A DNA stretch of 64,000 nt from Eledone cirrhosa (Eukaryota), in assembly GCA_964016885.1 (NCBI GenBank), contig OZ024741.1:352284001-352348000 (forward strand), written 5' to 3'. Within the stretch, counting starts at the first letter, position 1, and each line of letters opens with the position of its first letter. The notes below the pieces were generated by a model that was not told the origin of the DNA, searched no databases, and saw nothing but the letters and a program-made list of their open reading frames with translations. This document shows, piece after piece, positions 37,331 to 51,199 of this stretch. A program made the translations under genes and the position numbers.

Positions 37331-38215
37331 TAATTCTCTTGTTACCATATTTCTAATGAATAGACTGCCAATGTGTTTTGACTACTTTTGAAAATAATCA
37401 AGTTTTGTTTAGAAATTCAGTAAAATAACTAACCTTCTCGTTGTTAACCTAATTTTTGAAATATTACACAAAAAAACATCCTTCTATAAAATTATGATGG
37501 CAAGTTTTAATATAAGTATGATCACTTTAAAATGAGAAATTTGTATAATAGAACCAGGGTCAGTTTCATGCAGGCTGCTATGAAAACCATTAAGAATAGA
37601 AGTGTCTATGGTATACTTTATTGAGTATCTTTAAATTCCTGTGGATGTTTGACTTGCTCTTTGAGGAACTGGAATAGTTCCATCAACTGCTGTTGAAGAA
37701 GGTGTCTTAACACACACAGTGTCACACTGTGCCTGTTTGACTATAAACTGCAGTTGTCTATGGAGTATTTGATTATTTAACCCTCTTGTTCCCATATTTC
37801 TAATGAAATGGGCTGCCTATGTGTTTCAATTAATTTTGAAAATAATCAGAAATTTTGAAGAATTTAGTAAAATAACTAACTTTATCACTATTAAACTGAT
37901 GTTTGGAATTGAATTTAACAACAATGTTCTCACATAAAATTATGCTGGAAAATTTTAATTCTTCATATTTTGAACCACATGAAATCACATTAGCAAGACA
38001 TTCTTGACAAATGCAGAACAGTACTATGGTTGCATCACATTGAAATCTTTCCTACAATAATGCAAATTTTCATAATCTGTCCCCCTGTAAGGATACTGTA
38101 AATGTTTGAATTAAATTTGTTTTTAGATATTTTCTGTTAAATCATTACAGGATGTTAAGAGCTCCATATCATAGAACCAGGGGAAATGTCAGATGTTCTG
38201 GTATCAAAAGTGTTA
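37331..38215 (+). mobile_element. Two old MITE-like copies, possibly piggyBac-type (TTAACCCT start); another at ~46298-46564
   Basis: Shared CTCTTGTT.CCATATTTCTAATGAA...TTTTGAAAATAATCA...AGTAAAATAACTAAC at 37336 and 37783. Superfamily assignment is tentative. Confidence 0.5.
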
Positions 38216-39116
38216 TATATTTGTTGCCTTATTTCATTCTTCTTCAGTTTTAATCTTTGTCTTTTCTGGTTTTTACTTTACTTCAATTTGAACTTAATGT
38301 CACTCTCACTACCTAGATATTAATGACTGATCCACCCACCTGTCTTTCTAGCTATTTAATTAACACACTCACTTACTTACCATTCTACATATCTGTTTAT
38401 GAAATTTTCCTCCCCTTTCTCCTACCCTACCTACCTATCTATCTATCTATCTTCCTGTATAACTACCTGTCTACCTACCTATCTATTTATGTAGCTGTCT
38501 AACCACCTGTCTGTGTATGTATCTCTATCTTACCTGTCTAACCACCTGTCTATCTATCTTATTAATTATTAGAGAATCTAAACAAGAGAAGAGGCGAAAA
38601 GGAAGAAGAAAAACACAAAAACACAATACAAACAAAATTACAGAAACACAAAAAAAACATAAATCAAATGAGAGCAAATTCATTAAAACAACAACCAATA
38701 AACTAAAAATAAGACAAACAATAAGCATAAAAAGCAAAAAAAAACAACAACAGATGAAAGAAAAAATAAAACCAACAAACAAAATGAAACCACATCTGCA
38801 TCTAAAAAAACTGTGCTGAAGAATTATATTTTTCTAATGTTTACCTTTTACTTATTATTATTAATATTATTAATATTATTATTATTATCATCATTATTAT
38901 TATTACATAAGGTACCAGTCAGGTATGAGGTGGCTGTAAGGATGGGCATGGGATGACACATCATGTTGCTTGGTGTATCAACAGCTGCAGACGGGGTTGG
39001 CTCATGGTGGTTGGTGGATTGGGGTGTTGATTTGACTGAAAGCTAATTCTCCTCCAAATATTGACCCATGGGTGGGGAAGAGCCTCCTTGTGCCTCCCCC
39101 CTCTCTCTCTCTCCCT

Positions 39117-39243
<127 letters not shown>

Positions 39244-39299
39244 AGAAAACCATTATGATTATTATTACTATTATTTTCTTCTGTTCACTCACACATGTA

Positions 39300-39360
<61 letters not shown>

Positions 39361-39362
39361 GA

Positions 39363-39393
<31 letters not shown>

Positions 39394-39405
39394 GGGGGGG
39401 GGGGG

Positions 39406-39743
39406 GTAAAGAGCCCTTTGGTCACAAATGACCATGGGAATTGCACCTAGAAAGTTTCCCTTTGATGCACAAGTCCGAGCAAGTTTGTTTGTGAAAGACC
39501 AGCAGTCTCCCATGCATACCAGCCTCCCCTCTTCATGCCACCGATGTCGTCCAGGGGAAAGGCAAAGGCCAATACAGCTTGGCACCAAGGATGTCACAAC
39601 TCATTTCTACAGCTGAGTGAACTGGAGCAACGTGGAATAAAATGTCTTGCTTAAGGACACAACACAGCGCCCAGTCCAGGAATCAAACTCACGACTTCAT
39701 GATTCTAAACCCAATGCTTTAACCACTAAGCCTTGCGCCTTCA
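39406..39743 (-). mobile_element. tRNA-derived SINE, second family (octopus OK-like)
   Basis: Minus-strand head GAAGGCGCAAGGCTTAGTGGTTAAAG...GAGTTTGATTCC and core TTGCTCCAGTTCACTCAGCTGTAGAAATGAG shared with the 6726 family, followed by a different 3' body. Confidence 0.8.
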
Positions 39744-39797
39744 CACACATATGTGCGTGTGTATGTACATGTATGCATATGCATGTACACACACACA

Positions 39798-39829
<32 letters not shown>

Positions 39830-39908
39830 CACACGCATACACACACATATATATACATATATATATATTTATATATGTATATATGTATATATATATGTGT
39901 GTTATATT

Positions 39909-39972
<64 letters not shown>

Positions 39973-40211
39973 AGCATCTGTATTTCAGTATCACCTTCAA
40001 CATGGTCACCCTCCCTCATCTTTTCTCCCCATAATCAAGTTCACTGTAGGATGGTGGCACAAGTAGCAGAGAGCAGACGGATCATAGATGCTATTACTAT
40101 TATTTACTACTATTATTACCATTCACTACTACTACTACTACTATTATTTGTATGTTAATATCTTACTTCCAGTGCCTATCAGCAGTTCTGGGGTTTCATT
40201 TACTAAATTAA

Positions 40212-40242
<31 letters not shown>

Positions 40243-40456
40243 CCTCTCAAACACCTCATTTTCATTCTCTCTGTCCTCTCTACGTCTTAACTTTCATTGA
40301 AATCCCGCCGGGGTTGACTTTGCCTTTCATCCCTCTTGGGTATGGAATGGAGGGAAGGGAGGTAACTGATAATAAAAAATAAACAAACGAAATATGCATA
40401 TTAATATATGTATCTCACTTTTTGCGCACACACTTCTCTCTCTCTCTCTCTTTGTC

Positions 40457-40506
<50 letters not shown>

Positions 40507-41720
40507 GGTATAGGGTACAGTTGAAATGGAGAGCTCACTCTGTTTCGGCTAGTTATCAAGCCTCAATGGAGGTAAGTAACTAACTAACTATGTGTGTGTG
40601 TATATATATATATATGCATACATACACACACATACCTGTATATATACACGCACATACATGTATACATACTGGACTCTATTCAAGTGACTATAAATCTGCC
40701 AATCCTTTCCAGCCCTTGTTATGAAATCGGCCTTGTTCCTAGTCCAAAGATATATCATTGTCATCATCATTATTATTAATATCATTATTATTTTTATCAT
40801 TATTATCATTATTAATATCATTATTATTACTATGATTAGCTGTAGTAGTAGTACATTTTACTCCAAAACATGAAAAAAATGGAAAAAAAAAATAAAAAAT
40901 CTCCCCCAACCAAACATGTGTTATTTGAATACAGATCTTAATAAAGTGTCCTGTTGCAAAGTCAGTCTCTGTCTTTATATCTATCTCACTATCTCTTACT
41001 GTCACTCTCTGTCTCTCTTTCTGTTATGTTCTCTCCCTTCTATGTTTCTATCTTTTTCAGTTTCCATCAGTCTCTATCTACAGTACTCTTTCTCTCACTC
41101 TCACTTGTTCTGTCTATTTGGCTTTCTCTTTTTTTCTAGCTTTCTCCCTGTCTCTCCCTTTCTCTTTCTATTTCTGTTTGTCTTTCTCTCCTTATGTTTA
41201 TACCATGCTCTATATGTCTTCCTAACACTCCCTCTCTCTTCATCTGTCCTATATATCTCTATTGGTCTTTCTAATTTTCTGTATGTCTGTCTCCTCCTCC
41301 TCCTCCTCCCCTCTTTCCCTTTCCATCGCGTGTAAACCAAATAAAGATGTTCATTTTCTCCAACTCAGTTTGGCAGTTCAGCCATACTGTCTGTCTCAGT
41401 TTATTTCTCCCTCCCTGTTTGAATGTCGTTTTTTATTGGAACTTCACAATCACACACTCGAATGTATGCACATATATTGTACGTATACACACGTATGTGT
41501 ATATGTATACACTTGTGTGTGTGTGTGTATATGTTTGTGTGTATGTATGTGTTTGTGTGTATAGATATGTCTATATATATTGTGTGTGTGTGTGCCCTGT
41601 AGCATCAGTTGTTGGGTCAATCCTGGTGGTCAGGTAAGAAATATTTTTTTTTTTTTTTGTCCTTTCAAAATATGAATGAGCTGAGGTTCAACATCAAGCA
41701 ATCAGAAATATGTGTATGTA

Positions 41721-41789
<69 letters not shown>

Positions 41790-41825
41790 GTGCTTGGATA
41801 CAAGTGTATATGTGTATATGTCTGT

Positions 41826-41856
41826 CTGATGAAGGACTAACACCTAAAACATTAAG
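41826..41856 (+). ncRNA. Degenerate, probably inactive Penelope-type hammerhead relic
   Basis: CTGATGA-AGG actaaca CCT-AAAA-CAT-TA-AG; the GAAA core is mutated to AAAA. Confidence 0.4.
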
Positions 41857-42823
41857 TTTTTTCCTACTGTATCATTTGCTGTGTTTTCCATTTACTTTTC
41901 GCATGGGCATGCACACACACATATACATATATGTTTGTCTGTGTGTGTCAAAAATTTGATGGACAACAAACTACAAATACGTAAACCCAAGAGTAAACTA
42001 CATACAAATGACCAAATTTTAAATGTTACAACTGCAACTGTTGCACTGGCTATATAACTACAGCAATTTCTCGTAAGCTCACCATGCAATTACAATAAGG
42101 AGCAAAACAAAATTTGATAGGAAAATACTAATGGACAATACATCCATATTATATATAAATCCCTACAAAAGTAGATGTTTATGGAAGCAGTACTCATATC
42201 AGAATATCAAACAACATATACATCATAAATAAAATAAAACACAAAACTAATCATACCTCAAATTTCAAATTCAAATACGGGACGATGTTTTCATAAATTA
42301 CATTTTCCTATAATAAAAGTGACAGTACCGAAGCCATCAATACTTCACATCTTGATCATAAGACTGGGAATGTCTAGAATTATGTATTTAGGCCCTTTGT
42401 TGTCCCAAACAAGTAGCAAATGACTCATAATGAAAGAGGAAAACAATGTTATTAAAAAAGATAAAATGTGAACCTAGTTGTCTTTAATAACACACTCACA
42501 CAGACACATTATATATATATATATATATACTTATAAAATCACACACACCTAGTAGTGAAGTCTAAAGTAAAGTGACATGATGTGTGTGTATATATATATA
42601 TATAAACCGATGTATATATATAAAATCATGCATGTTTAGAAACTGCGAGCTGGATTTGAAAATTGAAGAACTTGCCATAACTTAAAATAATCTAATAATA
42701 ATAGGGTGTCTAAGCTCACCGAGCAGAAAAAGATGCCTGTTTTTCAATTCACTGGGCTTATATTCCCCCTTCTTACTTCAAATCTTCTTACTTCAATTTT
42801 CATGTGTGTGTGTGTGCACACAC

Positions 42824-42855
<32 letters not shown>

Positions 42856-43548
42856 ACACACACATAGGTGCAGTATCACCATCCCCTGTTAGTTTGGAAT
42901 CCAATTGTGAGAAAGTATTCATCTAAAGTAGATAGGAATAATATGTGTTTGTACATATAAACTATTAAAATTGTGGATCTGTATTTCCATTTGAGTGTAC
43001 TGTGTATTTCACGTGTGTGTGATATATATATTGTTTGAATACATTCTCTTGTCCCGTTTCATCTACATATTTTTGGCTTAAATCATTTCTTTGAAAAAGA
43101 ACCACTGGCACGTTTTTTGTCCTTTTTTAATTTTTTCTTTTTTATTATTCTTTGTCCCTTTTTTTCACTCTTTTTCTTAATTTCAGGTGTTGACAGTTTT
43201 TCATTGACTAGTTTAAGAATATTTTATTTTCCATAGTGCTTTTATTTTTATTAACACTTTTCTCATGAGGTTCTGAGACTTTGAATTTCATTTTTATATG
43301 TACACACAAACACACATGCATATCAATATCACTTGCCGTCCGTTCTCCCTGCTAGCAAGGGTTAAGACTAGTAAGACCCATATTGAATTTAATACTCCTC
43401 ACTTAAAGTAGTGTGTATACATCTATACCATTTTGTTGGTTGAATGGAATAGTTTTAGCTTGACTGTAATGTTAAATGTATTAACCCCTCCCCATATGTA
43501 TCTCTCTCTCTCTCTTTCTTTCTCTATCTATCTATATATATATATAAT

Positions 43549-43887
43549 GGAGGCATATGGCTTAGTGGTTAGAGCATTGGCCTTGCAATCGAAAGGTTGT
43601 GAGTTAAATTCTTAGACCGGGTGATGTGTTGTTTCCTTGAGCAAGACACTTTATTTCACATTGCTCCAGTTTACTCAGCTGTAGAAATGAGATGATAGGG
43701 ACTGGGGTCCATATCATTCCACTGCAAAGTGGTCGTGGAGGTGCCACGGCAAAAAAGCACCCTGCACTCACTGTAAATGAGGTTGGTGTTAGGAAGGGCA
43801 TCCAGCTGTAGAAATCAAGCCAGCATCAGTTCCTGTCCCACCCTTGCAAGCAGGGAAAAAGCGGCTGTAAAATGAAATGATGATGAT
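43549..43887 (+). mobile_element. tRNA-derived SINE with RTE-type tail, full length
   Basis: Near-identical to 8597-8931. Confidence 0.92.
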
Positions 43888-44002
43888 AGGAAGAAACAGG
43901 ACCCCAACGGCTGAGCTCTGGCTGTTTCAACAGCTAGATCCGTTTGGATCTAGCTGTCGAAACGGCCAGAGCTCAGCTATCAAGGTCCCGACTCATTTCC
44001 TA
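43886..44002. repeat. Fold-back hairpin (32-bp stem at 43910-43977, GTTT loop)
   Basis: GCTGAGCTCTGGCTGTTTCAACAGCTAGATCC-GTTT-GGATCTAGCTGTCGAAACGGCCAGAGCTCAGC, with looser outer pairing. Confidence 0.85.
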
Positions 44003-44876
44003 TTACCCACTCTACTACCCTAAGTATTGAGTACTCTGGTGCATCAAGGTTCACCTGGTATCTTACCACACCCTCTTTGTTTTATAGATATATAAATATA
44101 GTTCAAGAAAAAATAAAGACAGAGAGATCAATTACACAAATTCTTATTAGTTTCATGCTTGTTACTTATATTTTTTATATAGTAAATGACTGATAAGGGA
44201 TGGCAAATAAAAACAAAGTAATGTTTTACCCTCACTGAGAAGATTGCCCATTGACATGTGGACTTTTCCTAATTGTCCCATCAATAATGCAGAAGTGTGC
44301 ATAAGAGCATATGCAGTCTACAAGGTCACTTGTAAAAATGTAGCTCCTCATACATCGGAAATATCATCTCGTAGCTGCACATACGGATCAAGGATCACAT
44401 AATGATGAGAACTTCTTTTGTTAAAAAATATCTTGACATGCTGCAGCCAGGGCATTGTGGTCACCTTAGAGGTGAAAGAAAAGAATATGGGAAATTTAAG
44501 TATGAATGAGGTCATTATCATCAACCAGAAACCGCCTTCCCCCAGATAAATAATAGATTGGAAATACATGAAGTAGATTGGTTACTAGAAAAATTTCACA
44601 CGTGCATATTTCAAACACATAGACTGGTAAAGAAAGAACACATCGATTGTTCATTTTTTGGGGGGGAACCATCTCCATTTTTCATTTGAAAAGAGGGTGT
44701 AGCCCCAAAATATATTGGGTAAAAACATTACTTCGTTTTGTTTTATGTCATCCCTTACACCTTATATATTTCTATGGCTTTTATTACATATTTCACAATT
44801 CTTCATATTAACTATAATTATATATATATATCAATGTTATTAATAAATGGAAACTATATTTATAAAACTATATTTA

Positions 44877-44933
44877 TTCTATTATATATATTTCAAGGGT
44901 ACCAAAACTTTGGTACACTCTCATCAGATAAAA
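44877..44933 (-). ncRNA. Minimal type I hammerhead (left arm of palindrome)
   Basis: TTTTAT-CTGATGA-GAGTGTACCAAAG/TTTTGGTACCCTT-GAAA-TATATA-TA-ATAGAA. Confidence 0.68.
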
Positions 44934-45064
44934 TACAAAGTTTGTTTTATAAATATTGACATATCCAGGAACGAGATCTCAATGGTTCAAGTTTTACCAG
45001 GTAAAACTTGAACTGTTAAGATCTTGTTCCTGGATATGTCAGTATTTATAAAACAAACTTTGTA

Positions 45065-45121
45065 TTTTATCTGATGAGAGCATACCAAAGTTTTGGTACC
45101 CTTGAAATATATATAATAGAA
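45065..45121 (+). ncRNA. Minimal type I hammerhead (right arm of palindrome)
   Basis: TTTTAT-CTGATGA-GAGCATACCAAAG/TTTTGGTACCCTT-GAAA-TATATA-TA-ATAGAA. Confidence 0.62.
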
Positions 45122-48100
45122 TAAATATAGTTTCCATTTATTAATATCCTTGATATTATACTCCAGAAAAACTGTTGAGTGCTTCAAATCAGTTATAAAT
45201 ATATATGGACTGATGGAAGTGATAGAAAGCTGGATAGAATGCTATGAATTATAACCTTTCTTTCTGGCTTAAACAAAAAGCTTAATTATTTTATAACACA
45301 ACACATAGTATATTGAATAACCTAATTTTTTTTTTTGATTTTTTTTATTTTAACAGAAGTATACATAGAATTTTTGAATTGTAACCCTTGATGGAAATTT
45401 TAAACAGATGTAAATACCTTTTGTTTTTTATTTCTTCTTGGCAGAAAAAATATTGTAATTATTCCAACTAATTCCATTTCTGCTTTGAAATTCATGAGAA
45501 ACCAAATGGTCTTGTTATATCTTAAAATATCTGTTAAAAGTTTTCAAAGTGAATGCTTCTGGATATTATGGATGAGTTTGAACCTGCTTTTAAACATAAG
45601 CAAATTTTCATTTAACATGTATGTTATATGTATTTGTTAATGTACATACACACACATATATCATCATTGTTATCCCTGCTAGTAAAGGTTGGACATGTCA
45701 TCACAGACTTGTCAATATTCAAGCAGAGCCTCTCTCTCTTCTCAAATATAAACCAAGGTCTCACCATAGGATCCCACACACTACTGAGTATATTTTATCT
45801 TCACACTATCATAAGGGAAGTTATGTCTTTGGAATAGCTGAAGAAACTTCCCAACCCTTATCCTTCCTACCTCCGACCAATTTGCGTCTGATTATATCAG
45901 TTCTTGTCTAGAGTTACTATCCACGTAGATGGGTTATTAAACCAAATTTGGCTTCTAAATTCAAACGTTTGACAAGGTTTCTACAGCTGAATGTTCTTCC
46001 TAACACCCACTACGTTTACAAAGTACATTTTATCAAGGCAATAACAAATGAGAGGTTGCTATGTCCTCGACAAGATGAACATTGTATCCATTTCATTATG
46101 AACCACTTTCCAGGGTGTACTTTGTGCCCATTGAAATGGCACCAGCACTAGAACAGAGACCCTCCCTTATGCTGTCTTCTCTTCACCTATCTCTATATCC
46201 ACATACACAGTTTATTGGTGTGTAGTCCTGCGAGTGATGAAAAGATTAGTGTTGTTATCTTCCTTCATGCTTTAAGTTCGTACCCTACTTGGTTTTGTTT
46301 AATCCTTTCATTGCCATATTTCTAATGAAACAAACTGCTTGCTTTTATTGAATTTAAAATAAGCAAATAAATGAAAAAATAAATAAAATTTTTCCTATAA
46401 TTTGGCAGAATTTCGTAAAATAAAAATCTTCCTCATTATTAAACTGCCTTTTAGAACACATTATGCTTTAAAAACCTAAAATCAAGTTAGAAGGTTTTAG
46501 ATAAATACAAACAGTTTTAAAGAAGCAGAGGCGGTTTTAGACAGGCTCGTATGAAAATGGTTAATTAACTGACATTATTCTGGTGCTGGACATCACCACC
46601 ATGGGGATTGGCAGAATATTTGCATTTGTTTCCATCCTAGTTCAAATCAAGCAGCGATTAACTTTGCCTTTTATCTTCCTGTGTTCATTAAAATTAATTA
46701 CCTGTAAAATATTGCTATCGATGTAATCGACGAAAGTTTTTCGCTAAAATGTTTTGCAGTACTTGTTCTGGCACTTTTCAGCAATTTCAACTTCCAGATT
46801 AGACAGAATAAAGTAACAGTTAAGTACTGGGATCGAATTTCCCCTTTTCATAATTACTGACTAGGATTGTCTACAAATTATAGTCTAAATCTTCGGTTTC
46901 AGAGATGGGTTTATTCTAACCTCTTTTTCTCTGAGTTATTTCCCCTTAATTTTGATTTCATATACGCCCCTCTATATGTGTGTGTATATATGTATATAAA
47001 TATATAACGTGTGTGTGTGTATCTTGATATGCACGACTTAAATGGATACCTCTATTTATAATTCTGCTATATATATATATATATATATGAACTGAGATCT
47101 TATAGACACACAAGGCACAATATGGAGTGTGTATTGATACAGTGTAAATAAAGATAAATAAATTATTGCATTTAACTAGTTATTGACTATATTTCTAATG
47201 AAAATACTCTATTTCAATTAATTCATGAAGAATTTTTAGGGATTTACTAAGATTATTAGTCATTTCATTATTAAGATAGTATGAGGTTGAAAGATTTTTA
47301 CTTAAATAAGAACCCTTTAAAATGGATGGTTATGTTTCAAAACCAAAGCTGGGTTGGTGTCAAATGTTAATTTACCAACATTGTCAACTATGTCATAGTA
47401 AACTATCAAAACATCTCTTTTCCTATAGGTTTATTTTTTTTTTTCTTTTAAGCATTGGCAATGAGCAGGACAAACTATTTTGTAATATTTAGCATGTCTT
47501 TTACAGCTGTGTGACTAAGAATTTGCTTTACAACCACCATATATTGGATTCTGTCCCACAATAGGACGTTTTCTATTATAACCTCACTCCAACCAGTGAA
47601 TTTGGTAGACAGTAATTAAGTAAGCCTGTCGTATGTGTGTGTATTTGTTTCTTCTCTTCCCATTCAACATTGTAGGAGGTGATATTTGTTCACATTCTAC
47701 ATAAATAGCCATCCTGTTGCTCAGCACTTGAATTTAAAAATATCTCTACTAACAAGTAAGAGTTGGTGTCAGGAAGTATTCTGGCTGTAGAATACTATCT
47801 CAAAATGTCTCATGCAAACCATGCCAATACAAATGTAAAACATGATGATGACTATTATTATATACTGATTTATTCAGACAAGTGTCCTCATTGAGCTTAT
47901 ATAAACACAATGATTTTATTGTCATACACTCCATATTCAGGTGCTTGTCATGTTCAATAATGTTCTCAAAACTAAATCCTTTATTCAAACCAATGTGTGG
48001 AATAGGGGTAGATGGGTCTTATTTTGTTGAACATGTCATGGTTATTGTTGCATTTGTTATCACTTGTTCTACTGAAACTAATGTCCAAATTCAGTTTATG

Positions 48101-50169
48101 TAGAATGGTTCCTCATACAAGCTCAAGGACAGCAAAGTTTGGTGAGTGTTGGAAGGATGAAATGTGAAATTGACCTTGGTAGGATTCAAAACCAGAATAT
48201 AAAGAGATGGAACAAATGCTATGTCATATTTTTTCTGATGCTTTACTGATTCTGCCAATCCACCACTCTCTGAGCTTTGTATCACCATAATTATACATCC
48301 GCATTCTTGTGAGGTTCAGCATTTTGAGATTAGCTCTAATCACCTCTGTCCATGTGTATCACGGTCTTCTTCTGCAGCTTCCTTGCACTGACATCTCTTC
48401 GCATTTTTTTCACCCAACAATAATCCCCTATACGCATCACATGTTTATACTATTGCAGTCGTCTCAGTTCCATACAACAACTGATTCCTCATATACTCAA
48501 TATTTCCCTCTGTTCTTCCACACCCCTGTTGTAAGTGCATATTGATTCCTCATATTCAGTTTTTCTCTCAATTCATTCATACCATGTCCTTCATGCATAT
48601 CAATGCTAATTCCTCATTTCAGAAATGTTGACAAAATGTTACTTTAGGTTCTGAGTTAAAAACCTTACTTGTGTGGGTGGGTTGCAGGATTCAGCATTTT
48701 TGTTGTTCAGTTGTTTTTAGATCATAAAATATTATGACCAGTAAATATACTTGTGTTGATTTGAATTAAAAGTATCAATCCTGAAGAGTGGATTTTCAGA
48801 ACCACTAGAAAATTCTGTGATATACTATGTGCTGATTCTTCTGGCTCTTTATGTTCTGAGTTCTAATTCTATGGTGGCTTATTTGAGTGGTAGATTTACG
48901 GTCACCTGGTTTAACAATACCACCTCGTCCTTGAGTGATAGACTCACTCTGTCATCTGGTTTAACACCACCACCATCCAGCCCTTCAGTATATTTGGAGT
49001 TTTCTCTGTTGCAAGTATTAGAATCATGTCTCCTTTCTCTTTCTAACCAGTCTTGGCAGCCCAGAAAAGGGTTAAGATTTTTGTCCTGACCAAATCATGA
49101 GTTGAGATGACAAATGCGCTTGAGTAAGAAAAACAAACAAAAGTTGTGGGGTAAAGTGTGTGGTGTGAGTTTCAATCTCCAAAACTAATCAATGTCATTA
49201 ATATACTCTTGTGTGTTATTTAAAGTGTTCATGTCTAGGTCCCCCGCACCCCATTAGGGACATGGATGTCTCGATTTTCCAACCATCTAAAGATTTAGCT
49301 GCTGTTTGTAGCGGGTCAGTTGATTAAATAGAAGTTCCATGGTTCATATATATATGTGTGTGTGTGTGTGTGTGTTTCTGTACATGTGTATGTATGCATG
49401 CGTCCACTTGGGCTACGATCGAAGTATATAATGGATGCATTTCTAGTTCTGTCTACTAAGGTTGAATTTGATTGATATACACACTGAAAAACAAAAGATT
49501 CTCTCCTCTCTCTCACACACACAGAACCATTAGGTTGTTTTTGCTCCATGTCGGCACTAATCGATAAGATTTGTGATCAAGTGTTGCAACCTCAACCGTC
49601 GCACTTTTATTTATTTTTATTTTTTTAATTTTAACGAACACATTACCTGGGATGTGTTCCTCCCTGATGGTAATGTGGGTGTTTTAAGGAAACTTTTGCT
49701 ATTGCTTCTACCAACTGCAATGTACGTTTAGTATTCAAAACAGGTAAATGGATTATCTCCCTTGTTATTCTCCACCAAGGGACATTACTCTGTTTTCATA
49801 GTACGGTATACCGTGTCGTATGTCAGGCCACTAAGGAAATCGTTTTGATTTCTCTTTAGTAATTGACAGAAGCTTCACTTCTTTATGACACACTAACACT
49901 TTTTCGTTTTAAATTGTCTAAATTTTATTGATAAACTCCCCTTATAACTTTTGAAAAATATTTCGATTACTCAATTATATTTTCAACTTTATTTGGTAGG
50001 ATCATAAGGTTACACCTATTTGATATTTCGCAAAGGAAATACGATGGTAGTGTTATCTATTAATGTTTGGTTTCCTGATTTTACGCAGTTTTGATTTAGG
50101 AATCAGTCTATTCTATATTCGTCCTATGCTTAATTCCTCAAATGTGTCAGTTCGTATGTTTTTCATCGA

Positions 50170-50352
50170 TGGGGGATTGGCAGTATCAGTAGAAGGTCGG
50201 ACGCCATGCTTTGAAGCCTAGAGTCACGCCCCTTTATATTCTGAGTTCAAATCCCGCCGATGTTCACTTTGACTTTCATCCTTACGGGGTCGATAAAATA
50301 AAGTAGGAGTAAGGTACTGGAATAATTGCTGGCCTTGTGTCAAAAGTAGAAA
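50170..50352 (+). mobile_element. SINE remnant (octopus OR-like); related fragments at ~40295-40340, 46600-46720 and 48140-48270 (-)
   Basis: TTCTGAGTTCAAATCCCGCCGA...ACTTTG.CTTTCATCCTT.CGGGGTCGATAAAATAAAGTA motif. Confidence 0.65.
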
Positions 50353-50679
50353 CAATTAATATATGTTAGTCATAAATACTTTATTAAGAATATAATTTTC
50401 AAATTGACGAAAAGGGGGACAAATGTGGAGAAGACGGATAGGTTTTTTCTGATTTTTTAATCTAGACAAATAACTCAAAGTATGTACTATTTCTTACTGG
50501 GCTACTTTAACACTTGAATTGTTTTACTCCTGAATAGTTGTTGTCTTTTGATAATGCTTGTATTTCTTTTATATAACATTTGTTTACAATCATATTTCTT
50601 GTTTACTTTATAACAACAATATTCTGACACATGCACACATGCTACATCTAATCTATTAATCAATTACCACCACTACTAC

Positions 50680-50890
50680 TTCCAAGTCCCAGAACCTCAG
50701 CTATACATTATCCCCATCTCAACTTCCAGCCACATGAAGCCCTGGCTATATTTTATCCTTATCCCTATTTCCAACCACATGAAGCCCCAGTTACAATGTT
50801 ATCTGTATCTATTCCCAGCCTCAGGTGAATGTTAGTCCTTGTCTCCATTTCCAGCCATATGAACCCCAGCTAAAATTTTATCCCTGACTC
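50680..50890. repeat. Degenerate ~44-bp minisatellite
   Basis: Recurring TTCCAGCCACATGAAGCCC..GCTA....TTATCC units. Confidence 0.65.
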
Positions 50891-51199
50891 CACAACCACT
50901 GTACACTAGTAAAAATACTATAAACATCTGAATTAACAAGCCCAGTTTTAGATATTTTCTGCTAAACCATTATAAGATGTTAAGAGTTAATGATGATGAA
51001 ATGTGTATTAATTGTGATTATGAAATTCTATATGTCTGTGTGTAACAGATAACTTGGTAACATTCCATGAACTTGTTTAGAAAAATCACTTCCAACAAGA
51101 TAATGCCAATCCACGTTGACCCAAAAAAACTACACAGGAGTTAGAGGCTCATTCTAGATGGCTTTTATTCAGGCTAAACCAGTAAAACAGATGATCAGT

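Larger units (their letters stand above)
44190..45190 (+). mobile_element. Penelope-like remnant (GIY-YIG) followed by a hammerhead-bearing palindrome
   Basis: AVYKVTCK/CSSSYIGN...LHIRIKDH at ~44312-44400, homologous to 5811-6200. Palindrome 44828-45156 centred on 44999. Confidence 0.75.

Noticed and set aside
48777-48822. CTGAAGA-GTGG...CCAC-TAGAAA hammerhead-like string
   Set aside because: Two extra bases before GAAA and no convincing stem I or stem III.
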